DNA of 64,000 nt from Tubiluchus corallicola (lineage: Eukaryota; Animalia; Priapulida): NCBI GenBank assembly GCA_030141605.1, contig JAQGDQ010000441.1:1-64000 (forward strand), written 5' to 3'. Below the pieces are notes generated by a model. That model saw only the letters and a program-made list of their open reading frames with translations. It was not told where the DNA came from and did not search any database. The translations under genes and the position numbers were made by a program. This document shows, one piece after another, positions 1-15,049 of this stretch (positions within the stretch are counted from its first letter, which is position 1; each line of letters begins with the position of its first letter).

Positions 1-761
1 ATAATAATAATAATAATAATAATATTAATTATTATGACTATTTCTCATTATTGTTATAATTACTGTTACTAATGTGGCACTACAAACAAGACTCTCCCCG
101 TCTTAGGTTCGATTCCCCACCACCCATTTCTCGAGCCGCTGTGTTAGCTTGACTATGACAATGCTATGTAAACGGTAAGCGGAAGTATGATGGCTCTGTG
201 TACACGAGTGTGTGTTGATATAACGGATTTTAACAGGTTTCACAGCACTGCAATCACGGCTAAATCATGTATTTGAAAATATTGCTTGCACATAATGCCT
301 TTTCCTCTCTGTCATTATTTGATATATGAATTGACGAGGAACAATGCCTTTGTACTAGAAATCAAACAAGACTCGTCGACATTGTTTAAAAAATTAGCAA
401 AGAAATATACTAACGAATACCCATTGTACCAAAATTGATAACATTCATACAGACCCATTTTTTATTTTCCCACGCCCCCCCCCCCAATAGTATTCCACAT
501 CTGCATTACAGATTTAATGAATAATATAATTCTCTTCAATCATCTGTGTGTAATGGCATTCTAAAGTTCTTTTTATTATTGTTTTGACATACAAGTTAAA
601 TTTATTGTATCATAATCAATTTATTCTGAATTTCGATTGTGCCACAGTAAAATTTATTTAAATTACTGTGTACTAACTATGTATAGTATTTTTGATTATT
701 TTATATGATCTAATATCGTAGGGTGTGAGTCATGTGTATGTTTTTTAAAAATTGCATGTCC

Positions 762-1296
762 TTACAACTTTAATATCTTAACTTGCACTTCGTGGAATTA
801 CTGTTATTTGCACCAACCGCATTAGCCATTAAGCAGAGTTGGTTTTTAATCCTTATCGCTGAATTATGAAATTCCAATGATTTTACTATTTCCATCTGTT
901 TTACCTGGCAAATAAAGAATTAATATATATATATATATATATATATCTGTATTTATTTAATATTTTGAATATATTTTTCGATATATACACGTTTAATTGT
1001 CATTAACAACCTCCCAGAGCATATAGCAGTGTTTCAGGTGGGACTGAACCAATTAAAATCCTGTGCCAAATTTTTTTTGGTTGCATGATGCACTGAAAAA
1101 CTGAAATATAATCTTCTGTAATATATATATATATTAATTCTTTATTTGCCAGATAAAACAGATGTAAATAGTAAAATCATTGGAATTTCATAATTCAGCG
1201 ATAAGGATTAAAAACCAACTCTGCTTAATGGCTAATGCGGCTGGTGCAAATTACAGTAATTCCACGAAGTGCAAGTTAGAATATTAAAATTATAAG
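762..1296. repeat. Inverted repeat: ~762-945 vs ~1121-1296
   Basis: About 175-bp arms, reverse complementary. Confidence 0.9.
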
Positions 1297-1479
1297 TAAC
1301 GTGTATATATCAAAATATATATTCAAAAGATTAAATAATAATAATAGCATATTGCAGTGTGTCTAGTGGGACTGGACCAATTAAAATCCTGTGCAATTTT
1401 TTTTTTGCTTTGCAGTTTCTGAGGATATCGGTTGCACGATGCATTGAAACACTGAACGTTAAAACCAACGCGTTTCGAT

Positions 1480-2260
1480 AGAACGACAAAAAGTAAACAT
1501 TTTAACACTTATAATAATGCCAAAGTGTTTCTGATAATTAAATAATGGGTTAAAAACTTAATTAACAGCACAAACATTCCACGAGCGCTCTGCACGTGTA
1601 CGCGTAAGGGAAAATTGAAGTACAACGCTATACAGAACAACTGAAATTTTAAATTTACCGCGGAGCCACGCATGTGCTCTCGAACATGCGCACTACCTCA
1701 CAAATGGACAATTCTGAACTGAGTGGTACAGCACCTGTTTTTGTGCAACACGTTAACGAAATGCAGGTGCTGGTGCCTGTCTAACTAGCAAATGGCGAAA
1801 TGCGCGTAACGTTAGTTAGGCGGGCACTAGCGCCTGAATTTCGGAAACGCATTACACAAAAAACAGGTGCTGTACCACTCAGTTCAGAGTTGTTCATTTG
1901 TGAGGTAGTGCGCATGTTCGACAGCTCATGCGTGAGCACAGCGGAAATTTGAAATTTAAATGTTTATCCTAAAACTTACCTAGTTTTGGTCCAGCACACT
2001 GAATATCTTACAGTAGAGCACTGTAGTTCAATTTTCCCTTTTGCAAACACGCGCAACACGCTCATGGAATATTTTTGCTGTTGAAAATTATGTTCGTTTG
2101 TGATGTCATCAATAGTTGGGCTCGTCTGTCGTTAATAAAATTTTTAATCTATCATTTAATTATCAAAACCGCTTTTGTAGTATTAACTGTGTTAAAATAT
2201 ATACTTTTTATCGGATTTGAAAATGGGATAGTGTAACAAAAATCATCCTGTCTTCCTTTA
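1480..2260. mobile_element. Two family A fragments fused in inverted orientation
   Basis: A plus-strand fragment (~1480-1808) abuts a minus-strand fragment (~1810-2260), forming a palindrome centred near 1810. Confidence 0.75.
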
Positions 2261-2489
2261 GTGTGCACGACGTTTCTTGATAGAGTGGAGGCAGTGAAAC
2301 TATTCAGTCTGCCTTCGTCGTTTCAAATATCAATGTTTCAAATGTTTGTTTCTTTTTAATCGTTTTTTTATTTGTTTTGTAATTTCATTTTGTCATCATC
2401 GCTATTTAAATTGACATTGGAATAAGATTATATAACACAAGGCATGGAATACAATGTTGCGTGTTTGTTAAATATATCCTTTGTGTTTC

Positions 2490-2900
2490 TGCTGTTTTTT
2501 CATATACTACCCCATTTTCAAGTCCATTAAAAAGTACACATTTTAACACAATTAATACTGCAAATAATAAATAATTAAATAATAGATTGAAAATTTTGTT
2601 AACGACAGACGAGCCCAACTATTGATGACATCACAAACGAACATAATTTTCAAGAGAAAAAATATTCCACGAGCGGGTTGCACGTGTTTGCGTAAATGAA
2701 AATTGAGGTACAGTGCTACTGTAAGATATTCAGTCTGCTGAATTTTCAACGGCAAAAACATAAGAGAAAATTGAAGTGCAGTGCTACTGTAAGATATCCA
2801 GTGTATTGTACTAAAATTAGGCAAGTTTTAAGATAAAAATTCAAATTTCAAATTTCCGCTCTGCTCACGCATGAGCTGTCGAACGTGTGTAGTTCGTCAC
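2490..2900 (+). mobile_element. Family A fragment
   Basis: Matches the left two-thirds of 16493-17111. Confidence 0.75.
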
Positions 2901-3637
2901 GAACTGAGAAGTGCAGCATTTGTGGGGTAGACGGCCACCTAACGATTTTCTAATTGCCCCCCCCCCGCGCGCCTCCTAACACCGACCCTGCCTTTCGGAA
3001 TAAGGCGACTCTCACAGGAAGGCGTAGAGCCGTAAGTGTCAAGTAAAGTAAAGAGAGAAATTTCTAGAACAAAGATCTACTTTTTCTGCTCCTGGTGTCA
3101 CGGAGGTGTTAAATTATCTACCTGTCAATGCTGAATAACAACTTGGTTAATGTTGAAGATGTTAATGTAGCGTTTACACGAAAAGCAGAGACATTGATGA
3201 CATTTTTATAACAATGATTAAGGCTTTACCACCGCGTATTAGCAGGTATAGAGTTACCTGAGAACACGTATGTGACAAGACGAGTCTGGGACATCCTTCT
3301 AGTACAAAGGCATTGTTCCTCGCTCACCATATATCAAATAATGACAGAGAGAGAGGAAAAGGCATTATGTGTGCAAGCACATTTTCAAATACATGATTTA
3401 GCCGTGATTGCAGTGCTGTGAAACCTGTTGCAAAATCCGTTATATCAACACACACTCGTGTACACAGAGCCATCATACTTCCGCTTACTGTTTACATAGC
3501 ATTGTCATAGTCAAGCTAACACAGCGGCTCGAGAAATGGGTGGTGGGAATCGAACCCAAGACGGGGAGAGTCTTGTTTGTAGTGCCACATTAGTAACAGT
3601 AATTATAACAATAATGAGAAATAGTCATAATAATTAA

Positions 3638-4051
<414 letters not shown>

Positions 4052-5306
4052 CTGGAAAATTGAGAAAAAGTCGGAAAGGGAAAGAAAGAAAATGAGAATG
4101 AAAAAGAAGTAAAGCACGTAAGTATTCCTATGTCTCAAAAGACTTTTCCAGTCGAATCAGAAAAAATGATCTAAGTTAAACAAATTTTGTTCAAATTTAC
4201 AAAAATCTAGAAGTTGACTTTTATCTTTGTGTTTTCAAATTTTATTATTTGCCTTTAACGTATTTAATCATGTATTATAGCATGATTTATGAAAACTTTA
4301 TTCGGTGATTCATAAATTTACAAACCGTCACTAAAAATCTTTAAGCTCTGTGTGTAATGACGTAGACGGTTAGCCGTCTTTTAATAAAATAAAGCATGTT
4401 CTATTAAGGCGTGTTCACATTTTCTAAAAGTGAAGCAAAGAATTAGTTTTAGTGCAAATTTTCCGTCGTTTCATTTAGAGTAGAAAACTTTTTCAACTTA
4501 TCCAACAAATGGGCCTATACATAGAAAGTGCTGCTAGCTGATGTAACTTTGCTTTGTGATTTTTTAAACACCAGATTAATTAGTATTTACAGATTTATAA
4601 TAATTGCCAATTACCGATTCTTTTTTATTAAACACAGTTTTTTAATATAATGATTATTTATACCAAGAAAAGTTCGCTCATTTCTGAAAATAATGAAATT
4701 ATTGTGTCGATTGTTTCACAAATTTCGATTTTATAAAAAATGTGCCATAAATATACACTTACAATTAAACTACAGTTAATGGATTGTATCGATTATAACA
4801 ATGCCAGAGATAAATATTTTCGAACTGTAACGAATATTTATGTTGTGATTTTGTAAATAAACGCAACCCCAAACGAACAGATTATATGTTCATGTAAGCA
4901 GTTCTGATTCTGAAATACTAAAAAGAAAATCGAGCCTGAAATTATAAGAAGAAATTCATTTTCCGTTTTAGCATCTAGTATTTTCTGTTTCAAAGAAACT
5001 GTTTTCAGAAATCTGGCGCAGTTTATCAACTACCCACTAACAGTCTATTATGCGCGGACGTTCAGCGTAGTGTATTTATGAAGGAGTATTACAGTCCTAT
5101 CTTACCATGATTATAATAATTTTAAATGTGCCATATGTACCTTAAAAATACAAAATACTTCAGGATTAGGCGAAAAAATGAACTTAGAATTAACTGATAA
5201 TTTACTATACTATTATATTACTAAAAAAAGATAGGCTTATACGTGTTCCGTTATTGCTAAATTTACTCATACTTAGTAAAAAGTAAATACTGCTCTGTAA
5301 GTCAAG

Positions 5307-5780
5307 TTAAAGCAAAACCGGACCCAATCTTAAACTGCAGGTCAAAACAATCTACTCTTTAAAATAATGAAAGGAAACATTCTATTTTTTTTCTAAAATG
5401 ACTTACGTGAAAGAATTATTACTACACAAACACAATTTCACGTTCGCGCCACTAGCTCTTCGCTGTTACATGCATTTCACCATTTACTACTTAGGTGGGC
5501 ACTAGCGTTTGCATTTCGGAAACGCATTGCACAAAAAGAGGTGCTGTACCTCTCATTGTAAGTTTTTATTAACTAACACTGATTGATCATCTCTGTAAAG
5601 TTTTTATCAGTGATTATCAATGTATTTTAATGACAAATAAAGATTATGTATATATATATATATATATATACATAAGATTATATATAGTTCAGATGTGTTA
5701 GTTTGTGACGAACTACACACGTTTGACAGCTTATGCGTGAGCACAGCGGAAATTTGAATTTTCATTTTAAAACTTGCATA
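5307..5780 (-). mobile_element. Family A fragment interrupted by a short LINE-tail/(TA)n insertion (~5555-5685)
   Basis: TTAA-AGCAAAACCGGACCCAATC terminus; similarity resumes at ~5690. Confidence 0.7.
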
Positions 5781-6483
5781 TTAAAAACAAAAAAGATAAA
5801 ATAAAGGATTTTTAGTTTAAATTTCAGATAACGATTTTCTTTGTCCTTTGTGAATTTTCGCTTTGTAAAACAAAAAAAACACAATTTAAGTTTGATACAT
5901 TTTTCACTGTCAACTTCAGTTCAGCGTCCATGTATCTGGAAAGACAAATCAAAACTGTCTTGTTTTATTTATTTGGGCTCAAACAAATCTTAAGCAAACA
6001 AAATTGTAGGATGCTACAACACACGTTGCGCAGGTGTTCCTACAATGGTGAACTGACTCCTTGCTTTGTACAGGAAAACAAATATTGGATGTTTTTCTTT
6101 GCAAAACCACAATAAGTAAGTCATTCCTACTGAGCCGTGCAGATGTCGAGGTTGCTTAGAATATGTAATATTAATAATGACAGGATAGACATTTACCTGG
6201 GACCACCAAGAGGTTTCGTATTATACTTGTAGTACTTACGTAAATTATCGCTGCTACGGTAACGGCTTATGCTCATTTGAACCGTCTAGTTAAAACCGTT
6301 AAGGTAAAAGAAAACCCTCCATGTACATAAAGATAAAAAAATTCGTCTTGAAATTTTTGAATATCTGTTTGATAGTAACACTGATCTCAAGCAGGTAGTA
6401 TAAACAAGGTTTTTATTTAGAAAAAATAGGTCGTTATGTATAGATTAAACCTTCGTATACAATAAAGTAATCTCAAAATAGCA

Positions 6484-7156
6484 TTAAAGTACAAGAAAAC
6501 TCTCATTATACATAAAGCTTAAAAAATTCGTCTTGAAATTTTATACCAATTACGTATTGCCTTTTTACATGCAGGACTTCAATCGGCAGTCACGGTGTAT
6601 AAAACATGTAAATTTAAACTCCCGTTAGACGCAGCCATTTTGACGATAAGAAATTTCAAACAAGTTTAGATAACATTGTGTAAAGTTTGAAAAAATAATC
6701 AGAGCATTCGTCGTAGTTCACATGTCACACTAACAGAGTAAAATTTTAGATTACTGTATGTTGTCAATAACATTAAAAATACGTTTTTGGTTAGTGAGTG
6801 GTGCACCCTGGAGGGTGAGTCAGCGACATTTTACCAATTGGTGAAAACATTTTAAATAATTAATAATTTTCTTTTCTAGTTACATAAGTCTTTCTAGCAG
6901 GTAAGCGAAAATCCAAGTAAGATAGATTTGAATGGAAAGTTGTTTGAGACGTAATGCAACATTTCCTTTCTTGCCCTAATTTATGTTTGCGTAGTGACGT
7001 CACGTAATGGCCACTTCGGAACAATATTATGGGATATTTAAAATGAAAATAAACTAAAAATCCTTTCAATGCGAGTACGATATACGCACAAGATCGCTAT
7101 AAAGTAACATAACTTTTCTGAAACGCATTTCAGGTACCCCTTTTCTTGTCCTTTAA
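6484..7156. mobile_element. Family B Kolobok-like element (~670 bp)
   Basis: TTAA-AGTACAAGAAAA...TTTTCTTGTCCT-TTAA. Confidence 0.82.
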
Positions 7157-7224
7157 AAGGGAATATCACTCAATTTTAAACTATAGCAACTACAGTTCAA
7201 AATAATCTAATGTATAAAATATTA

Positions 7225-7712
7225 AAAGAAAACAGGATTTTTTGTAGAGTGACTTACAGGAAAGAATTATTAAGAACGAAAGTTTACGTTCGCTCCTTGT
7301 AACATGCGTTTCGCCATTCGTCAGTTAGATGGGCACAGCGCGTGCATTTCAGAACCGCGTTGCACAAAATACAAACGCTGTACCTCTCCAGTTCGTTTCT
7401 GACGTATTTGTGGTGACATTGCAGGACAGATTGGAGTTTAAATTCTTAGACATAAATTTGCCTAGTTTTTGTACAAGACATACTTCAATTTTTACTTTCG
7501 CAAACACGTGCAATACGCTCGTGGAATGTTTGTGTTGTTACAGATTACGTTCAGTTGTGACGTCATCGCTTGCTGCGCTCCCTGGCTGTTAATTAACTTT
7601 TTAACCTGTTATATAATTATCAGAAATATTTTAGCATTATTTTAGGTATCAAAAGGTATACTTTTACTGTACTTCGAAATGGGGTAGGACATGAGAGATC
7701 TTCCTGTTTTTC
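7225..7712 (-). mobile_element. Diverged family A copy
   Basis: Reverse-complement similarity to 16493-17111. Confidence 0.65.
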
Positions 7713-7856
7713 TTGAATTAAAAATGTTGCCCACTAATCATTGAGATGCCCACTAATCATTTTCTTCAAAAAAGGTCTTACATTTTGCATTAAACGCGCG
7801 GGTCGAGGAATATCACGCACTTTGCCTCTCAAATTAATGCTTTAAGTCATTAGCAG

Positions 7857-8400
<544 letters not shown>

Positions 8401-8878
8401 ATGAGCGTTTTTATACATAGTTTAAGCGCTTAAGTTTTTGTAAAGTCCATTTTTGTGATTGCAAGTATGGAAGACAAATTTAAAGGCATACTATACATGG
8501 AAACATGTTTTAAAAAAGCCACTGCATTGCCTATTGAGAATGGTGTAAATTTTTCTTTCACTTTAGACATTATGTCTTCGCATTATACGCTTACTTAGAG
8601 ATTTAAATCAGCCATTTTGTTTAAAATGTGGATGTTTCCATGCAGACACACTTCTCCAGCGCAACAATTATTGAAAAAAATCTACTAGTCTCTACATAAA
8701 ACTCATAAAAAATTTAAAATTATATTGTCTATTAGCGCGCACATGCACGGCATATTATGTATGTCTAGGCTATTTACATGTACGAATGTGAGCATGGTTT
8801 TGCACAAGAAAAAATTAATTGTTTGACCCGCCTTGCCTGTAATAAAAGCCATTGTTTACCTCAGTAGCATTATTACAC

Positions 8879-9354
8879 GTTTTACATGTCAAATGTAAAC
8901 CTGCTTTAACTCAAATGTAGATTTAGGTAATTCAAATGTGTCTTGGTAACTCAAATGTAGACTTTGGTAGTTCAAATGTGTTAACAATGGTTTTCAACAA
9001 ATCTTGAGCGCTTTTGGTAAGTCAATTGTGACATTGGTATCTCAAATGTGGAAAGGTGTTAACGTTTAAGGATGTTAAATTTAATCTTCTTTAATTTCAA
9101 TTTAATAATTGCTCCTAAGTTAAAATAACAACGTTATAGGCCTACTAATAGATGCACTATCTTTGGTTTATCTTTTTCTAATTTGCACTTAAATAACTTA
9201 ATTACCGATTTATTCAAAGTAATGCATCTACATTTGACTTTCCTAAGTCACATTTGAGTTACCAAAACACATTCGAAATTCCTATGCCTACATTTGACTT
9301 ACCTAAGTCACATTTGAACTTTCCTGTGTCTACATTTGACGTGTAAAACCTATA
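8879..9354. mobile_element. Family C MITE (left terminus decayed)
   Basis: Near-identical to 14171-14652; subterminal CAAATGTRGAC-like repeats. Confidence 0.8.
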
Positions 9355-9519
9355 TATAAACGCGTAATTGAATAATTAATAATAGAGAATATTAAAGCAA
9401 AGTTTCGAATATTTCGTTTTGTCCTCGAGATTAAATCATCAGCTAAATGAACTATTTTAAAACGTCAAAGTTTGTCTGTCACTGATCGGGTAGTTCTTAC
9501 ATTGGGCAGACTAGTCGAT

Positions 9520-9946
9520 AGTTGAAACGCTGCAATAAAATCTTAATAATCTCTTAGATATCACATAAGTATGCTACATTACTTCAAAAGTATATGATTT
9601 CACATTAGAAAAGTGACCGTTTGTGACGTAGTGAGCTTCCTAGTGCAAACTTTCAAAATGCACTGAAGTAATTTAATGGTAGTCAGCAGTAGGTTGAAAC
9701 GCTGCATTAAAATCTTAATAATCTCTTAGAAATCACATAAGTAAGCTGCGTTACTTCAAAAGTATATGATTTCACATTAGAAAAGTGACCGCTTGTGACG
9801 TAGCGAGCTTTCTAGTGCAAGTAAGCTGCGTTACTTCAAAAGTATATGATTTCACATTAGAAAAGTGACCGCTTGTGACGTAGCGAGCTTCCTAGTGCAA
9901 ACTTTCGAAGCGCACTGAAGTAATTTAATGGTAGTCGGCAGTAGGT
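9520..9946. repeat. Local tandem duplication (~170-bp unit plus a partial ~80-bp re-duplication)
   Basis: GTTGAAACGCTGCA...CTAGTGCAA segments repeated. Confidence 0.85.
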
Positions 9947-11299
9947 GATAATTTGTTGTTGCTGTTTTGTAGTTAGATTGCGCGAATGATTGTGAGAAAA
10001 TAACCCAGTGATTTTGTTCATCTACGGCTGCTTAACTTGAACAAACTTGTGCCGATTTTCTTTGCAAACAAATACTTACACTATAAGCTGTATAATACAC
10101 ATATTATTGAAGTTACTCTGGTTGCCAGCGCATGTGCGGCAAAGATTATGACAATTATTTCATATTATCCTGCGCATGAAGCAGGAGAAAAAATGTCATC
10201 CATCGGCATCTAGTCTAAATATCAGAATGAAAAAACTCGATATTAAAAAACAAAGAACAATTATTGACGCACAAACTTACTCAGTGTTTCAAACGACCAA
10301 CTGTTAAAATGGCTGCACCGAACTGTCATCGCGGGAGTCTAAATTTTCAAGTTTGGTACAGCGTTACTGCTAACGCAAGCTCTGTGCGCAGTAAGACAGT
10401 TTGTAGGTGATACAAAATTTCAAAACGAATTTTTAGCGTTATTTAAGTAAAAAAAATTTCCTGTGCTTTAATTTTCAATAGAAAGACAGCACACATGACA
10501 GAATAAGTTTCGAAACTTTACTCCAAGAATACTAAAACATTGAACTAATTGTATAAAAAAACATATTTGCTGTTGCTGTAATACAAATGTTCTTATCAAA
10601 CATATTATATGTTTAGTTCATTTAACATGTCAGTTGTAAGTTATTATGCAAACGCTTGAAAGGATACGTCTATACGTTTCTAATCTCCATTGTCAGCTTG
10701 ATAATTTTGAAAGCATTTTATTCAATTTTTTTATTATCTAGTTTATTTAACATGCTGGTGACTATCATTATTCATAATGTCCCAATAGACGAAGTCTAAT
10801 TCTGAATTTTATCTCAAATGAGCCAAAATAATGAAATTTTCTATTAGTCAACGGTTTTCCTTTTTCTACGCTTTCTGTTCAACAATCATGTCTGTGATTG
10901 ATGATGTCATCACGGCTTAAAGCTACATCACTCAAAAAAGTTAATTTCTGACGATGTGCGTGGCTTTGGTGGAAAACTAGAGAGATTGATCATGCCACTC
11001 GAAGCTCAATATCCTAGCAGGTGGTTAAAGAATTGTTCTCTGTACAGAAATGCATTTGCAAACGGCAAAGCTATGATTATTAGTAAGATGGACGCTCCAT
11101 CGTATTAAAACCTGTGATCAATAACTGATTTGATTTGGTGTAATTAATTTCATTACATACGCGTGCCCACAAAAATATCATGCATATCTTTGCAGCTTGG
11201 TTTCGGTTTACTTATAAATACCGCATCGTCAGTAAACATTACTATATCGTCTGAATTTCTCAAACCCTGGGGGGTGGGGGAGCTAAGACAAGTTGAGAT

Positions 11300-11334
11300 G
11301 AATTATTATTATTATTGTTATTATTAATATTATT

Positions 11335-11367
<33 letters not shown>

Positions 11368-11862
11368 ACTACTAGTATTATGAGCTTATTTCGCATAAAT
11401 ATATCAGCGTACAAAGACAGAAGGATGTTAGTAAAACAGATAATTGGCTGTTATGAAAGTATCTACAGAAATTCAACGCTGTAATAATCACTCATTTCAG
11501 TAAATATAGCTCTTGTAATTACATTACAGTATACAGTGTTGTAAGGATCTATAACAGGTATATTAAAATATAATCTTTAAATGAGTTCTTAACCTTTACC
11601 TTTACATTTTCATTTAGATCTACAGTACAACCATATTTAAATCTTAAATTTACTTGACTGTTATTTACATTGTAGCATAGCTTTGGAATTCTCAATGTGC
11701 AAGACTTTGCAAACTTTTTCCCACAAAGTTTAATTTTCGACTAAATATTAAATAATTCGCAGGCATTGTGCCACAAAAATACATTAACAATTTGACGCTT
11801 TTATTCTGTCTCAAACCGAATATTTTTCTGTAAGCAGTGTTCCATTTTACCCTAATGGCATA
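11300..11862 (-). mobile_element. Degenerate LINE 3' fragment, copy 1
   Basis: High similarity to 51777-52246; microsatellite tail at 11300-11370. Confidence 0.65.
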
Positions 11863-12744
11863 TTTAAATCATAAAATTTACTTGACTGTTATTTACATTG
11901 TAACTTAGCTTTGGAATTCTCACTGTGCAAATTTTTTCACAAAATTTAATTTTCTATTACTGAATAATTCGCAGGAATTAAAAGCTAGCGGTGGGTTCTT
12001 ACGTTTATAAAACGATTCGTTCAGCCGTGGGGCATGTTTAGCTACTTATGGCATTATCGGGTAAGAAAACTTATCAAAATAAAACAACTACTTAGCGACG
12101 TAATTTCCATTTTATCTGCCACGCGCTCTCGTAATCATGGCTGTAGCTCGACCAATGAGAGTCAAGTAGCTGTCTGTGAGTTAAGAGACAAATATTGTAC
12201 AGCATTTCCAATCGATGCAATTTTATACTGAGTTACTTTTGAACTCTTATTTCAATGTTGAAATACGTATTTGGAGCATTAAATTTCTGCCGCCAACAAG
12301 AGCAGATCGTTCAGCAAAACTTTCATTCGGTTTTACTGATATAGAATGGTTCATTTGTGCAGTTTTTGCTTCATAATGGAGTTTTGGAAATCGCCAAAAC
12401 GGTACAACGGGTTGACGACCGTTCTTCCGTGTGTGTACACTCCAGAAAAAGAGTTGGCATTCTTACAAGTAAATATTTTATAATTATTGAAAATGGCAGA
12501 AGTTATACGTGTCTACTTCTTGTTTTTAAACTGTATAAGTTTTCAATTCGATGCGATAACGCTAACAGACCAATGTTTTATATAAAAGCAAAATGACGTC
12601 AAATTAATGAACCAATATTTGAATATCTGTTTGATAGTAACACTGAGCTCAAGCAGGTAGTATAAACTAGGTTTTTATTTAGAAAAATAGCTCGTTATGT
12701 ACAGATTAAACCTTCGTATACAATAAAGTAATCTCAAAATAGCA

Positions 12745-13437
12745 TTAAAGCACAAGAGAACTCTCATTATACATAAAGCTTAAAAAAATTCGTCTTGAAA
12801 TTTTATACCAATTACGTATTGCCTTTTTGCATGCAGGACTTCAATCGGCAGTAACGCTGTATAAAACATGTAAATTTAAACTCCCTCGATGACCGTTAGA
12901 CGCAGCCATTTTCACGACAGGTCATTTGAAATAAGTTTAGATAACATTTTGTAAAGTTTGAAAAAATGATCGCAGCATTCGTAGCGCACAAGTCACTAAC
13001 TAAATAAAATTTAAAATTACTGTAACTTGTCAATAAGATTAAAATACGTTTTTGGTTAGTGAGTGGTGCACCCTGGAGGGTGAGTCAGCGACATTTTACC
13101 AATTGGTGAAAACATTTTAAATATTTAAAAATTTTCTTTTCTAGTTACATAAGCCTTTCAAGCAGGTAAGCCAAATTCTAAGCAAGATAGATAGATTTGC
13201 ATGAAAAGTTTCTTGGGACATAATTTAAGATTACCTTTTCTTCCCCTGATTTACGTGTCGTAGTGACGTCATGTAATGGCGCCGTCGCAACAGTTTTGCG
13301 GGAAATTTAAAATGAAAACAAACAAAAAATCCTTTCAACGCGAGTACAATATACGCATAAAATTGTTATAAAGTAATATGATTTTTAAGGAGATTTTTCT
13401 GAAATCTACTTCAATTGCCCCTTTTCTTGTTCCTTAA
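12745..13437. mobile_element. Family B element
   Basis: TTAA-AGCACAAGAGAA...TTTTCTTGTTCC-TTAA; collinear with 6484-7156. Confidence 0.82.
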
Positions 13438-14170
13438 ATTAAAATAACTGATTAAAATTATTAATTAGTTAATTACTGCCTTTAAATGATATACGATGCT
13501 GAAATCGCGCCCAATTTGTTTACATTTATATCATTTACAATAAAAAAAATAATAACATATGCAGCATTCAAATATTAAGCCTCCAAAAATGCGGGTTTAC
13601 TGAAGTTAGACAATCTTTCCTCATACCAATCTAAGTCTGCATACTGAAATATTTAAACGGGTTCTTAATTGTACATTTTTTCACAAAAAAAACACACAAA
13701 AAGTTTCCCCACTGCATGTTTAATTGTTCGATCTAGTTCAACTCAACTCAAACAATGAACAATGAACACGTTGAACATTATAGGACCGCGCGTCTAAAAG
13801 TTAGACCAAAAAATCAACAATTCCGGACGAATTTTACTTTTGGATTTGGGCAGGTATTTATTTTGCGTCTCAGTAAGTTGGCAGACTTGTGCGTGAGCAG
13901 CGTGGATGAATGAAAAGGCAAGCCGGGTAGACCATAACATCTACATGGCGTTAGGGTTCATGAAAAACAGAACACAGGACGCCATTGTAAACTGTTCGTG
14001 TAATACCCAAACCAAACTTCTCATATTGACAGAAAATCGCATTTTCATTCCTGCTCTTTCTCTATTTTGTTCCGAGCTGCAGTAATCCGTCAGTTACCAG
14101 CGGGTGTATCACTAAACTTGGGTAATTCTGAAAGGACGTATTTTCCAGAAAGAAAAAAACGAATTTCTTT

Positions 14171-14652
14171 TATAGGTTTTACATGTCAAATGTAGACCTG
14201 CGTTAACTCAAATGTAGATTTAGGTAATTCAAATGTGTCTTGGTAACTCAAATCTAGACTTGGGCAGTTCAAATGTGTTAACAATGGTTTTCAAGAAATC
14301 TTAAGTGTTTTTGGTAAGTCAAATGTGACATTGGTATCTCAAATGTGGACAGGTGTTAAAGTTTAAGGATGTTAAATTTAATCTTCTTTAATTTCAATTT
14401 AATAATTATTGCTAAGTTAAAATAACAACGTTATAGGCCTACTAATAGATATACTATCTTTGGTTTATCTTTTTCTAATTTGCACTTAAATAATTCAATT
14501 ACCGATTTATTCAAAGTAATGCATCTACATTTGACTTACCCAAGTCACATTTGAGTTACCAAAACACATTTGAACTTTCCTATGTCTACATTTGTCTTAC
14601 CTAAGTCACATTTGAACTTTCCTATGTCTACTTTTGACGTGTAAAACCTATA
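14171..14652. mobile_element. Family C MITE
   Basis: TATA-GGTTTTACATGTCAAATGTAGAC...GTCTACTTTTGACGTGTAAAACC-TATA. Confidence 0.88.
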
Positions 14653-15049
14653 GTTTACTTCGCATAATTTCTAGTTTTCATTCTTGTCTCCTGGTTGCAT
14701 ATTTATTGAGCAAAAAAAAATTACGAAACAAAAATCAATTCAATTATGTTAATATTTTGCTTGGTTAGATTCAAACATCTAATTTATAGTTCAACTTCTA
14801 ACTTTTAAAAGTGATTAAAGTTCATCTCACAAAAATGAAGCCATGCAGAAAATGCTAGCGTGCAACTACCTAAGGTCACAAACATTCAAAATTCAAATAA
14901 GAAAAGTAAAAAAAACTTGTGACAGCTTTTCAGATCTGGCAGAACTGGCCTTTATACTTTCAGAAAATAGTTTTTTCAACTTCGAAATTGATATTTTTTC
15001 AGATTTCTGTCGTCATCGCCTTATTTTTTCCTGTAATTCAAATATGGAC

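Noticed and set aside
70-127. tRNA-like GGTTCGATTCC B-box (106-116), mirrored near 3545
   Set aside because: No convincing A-box or cloverleaf; at most a decayed SINE head.
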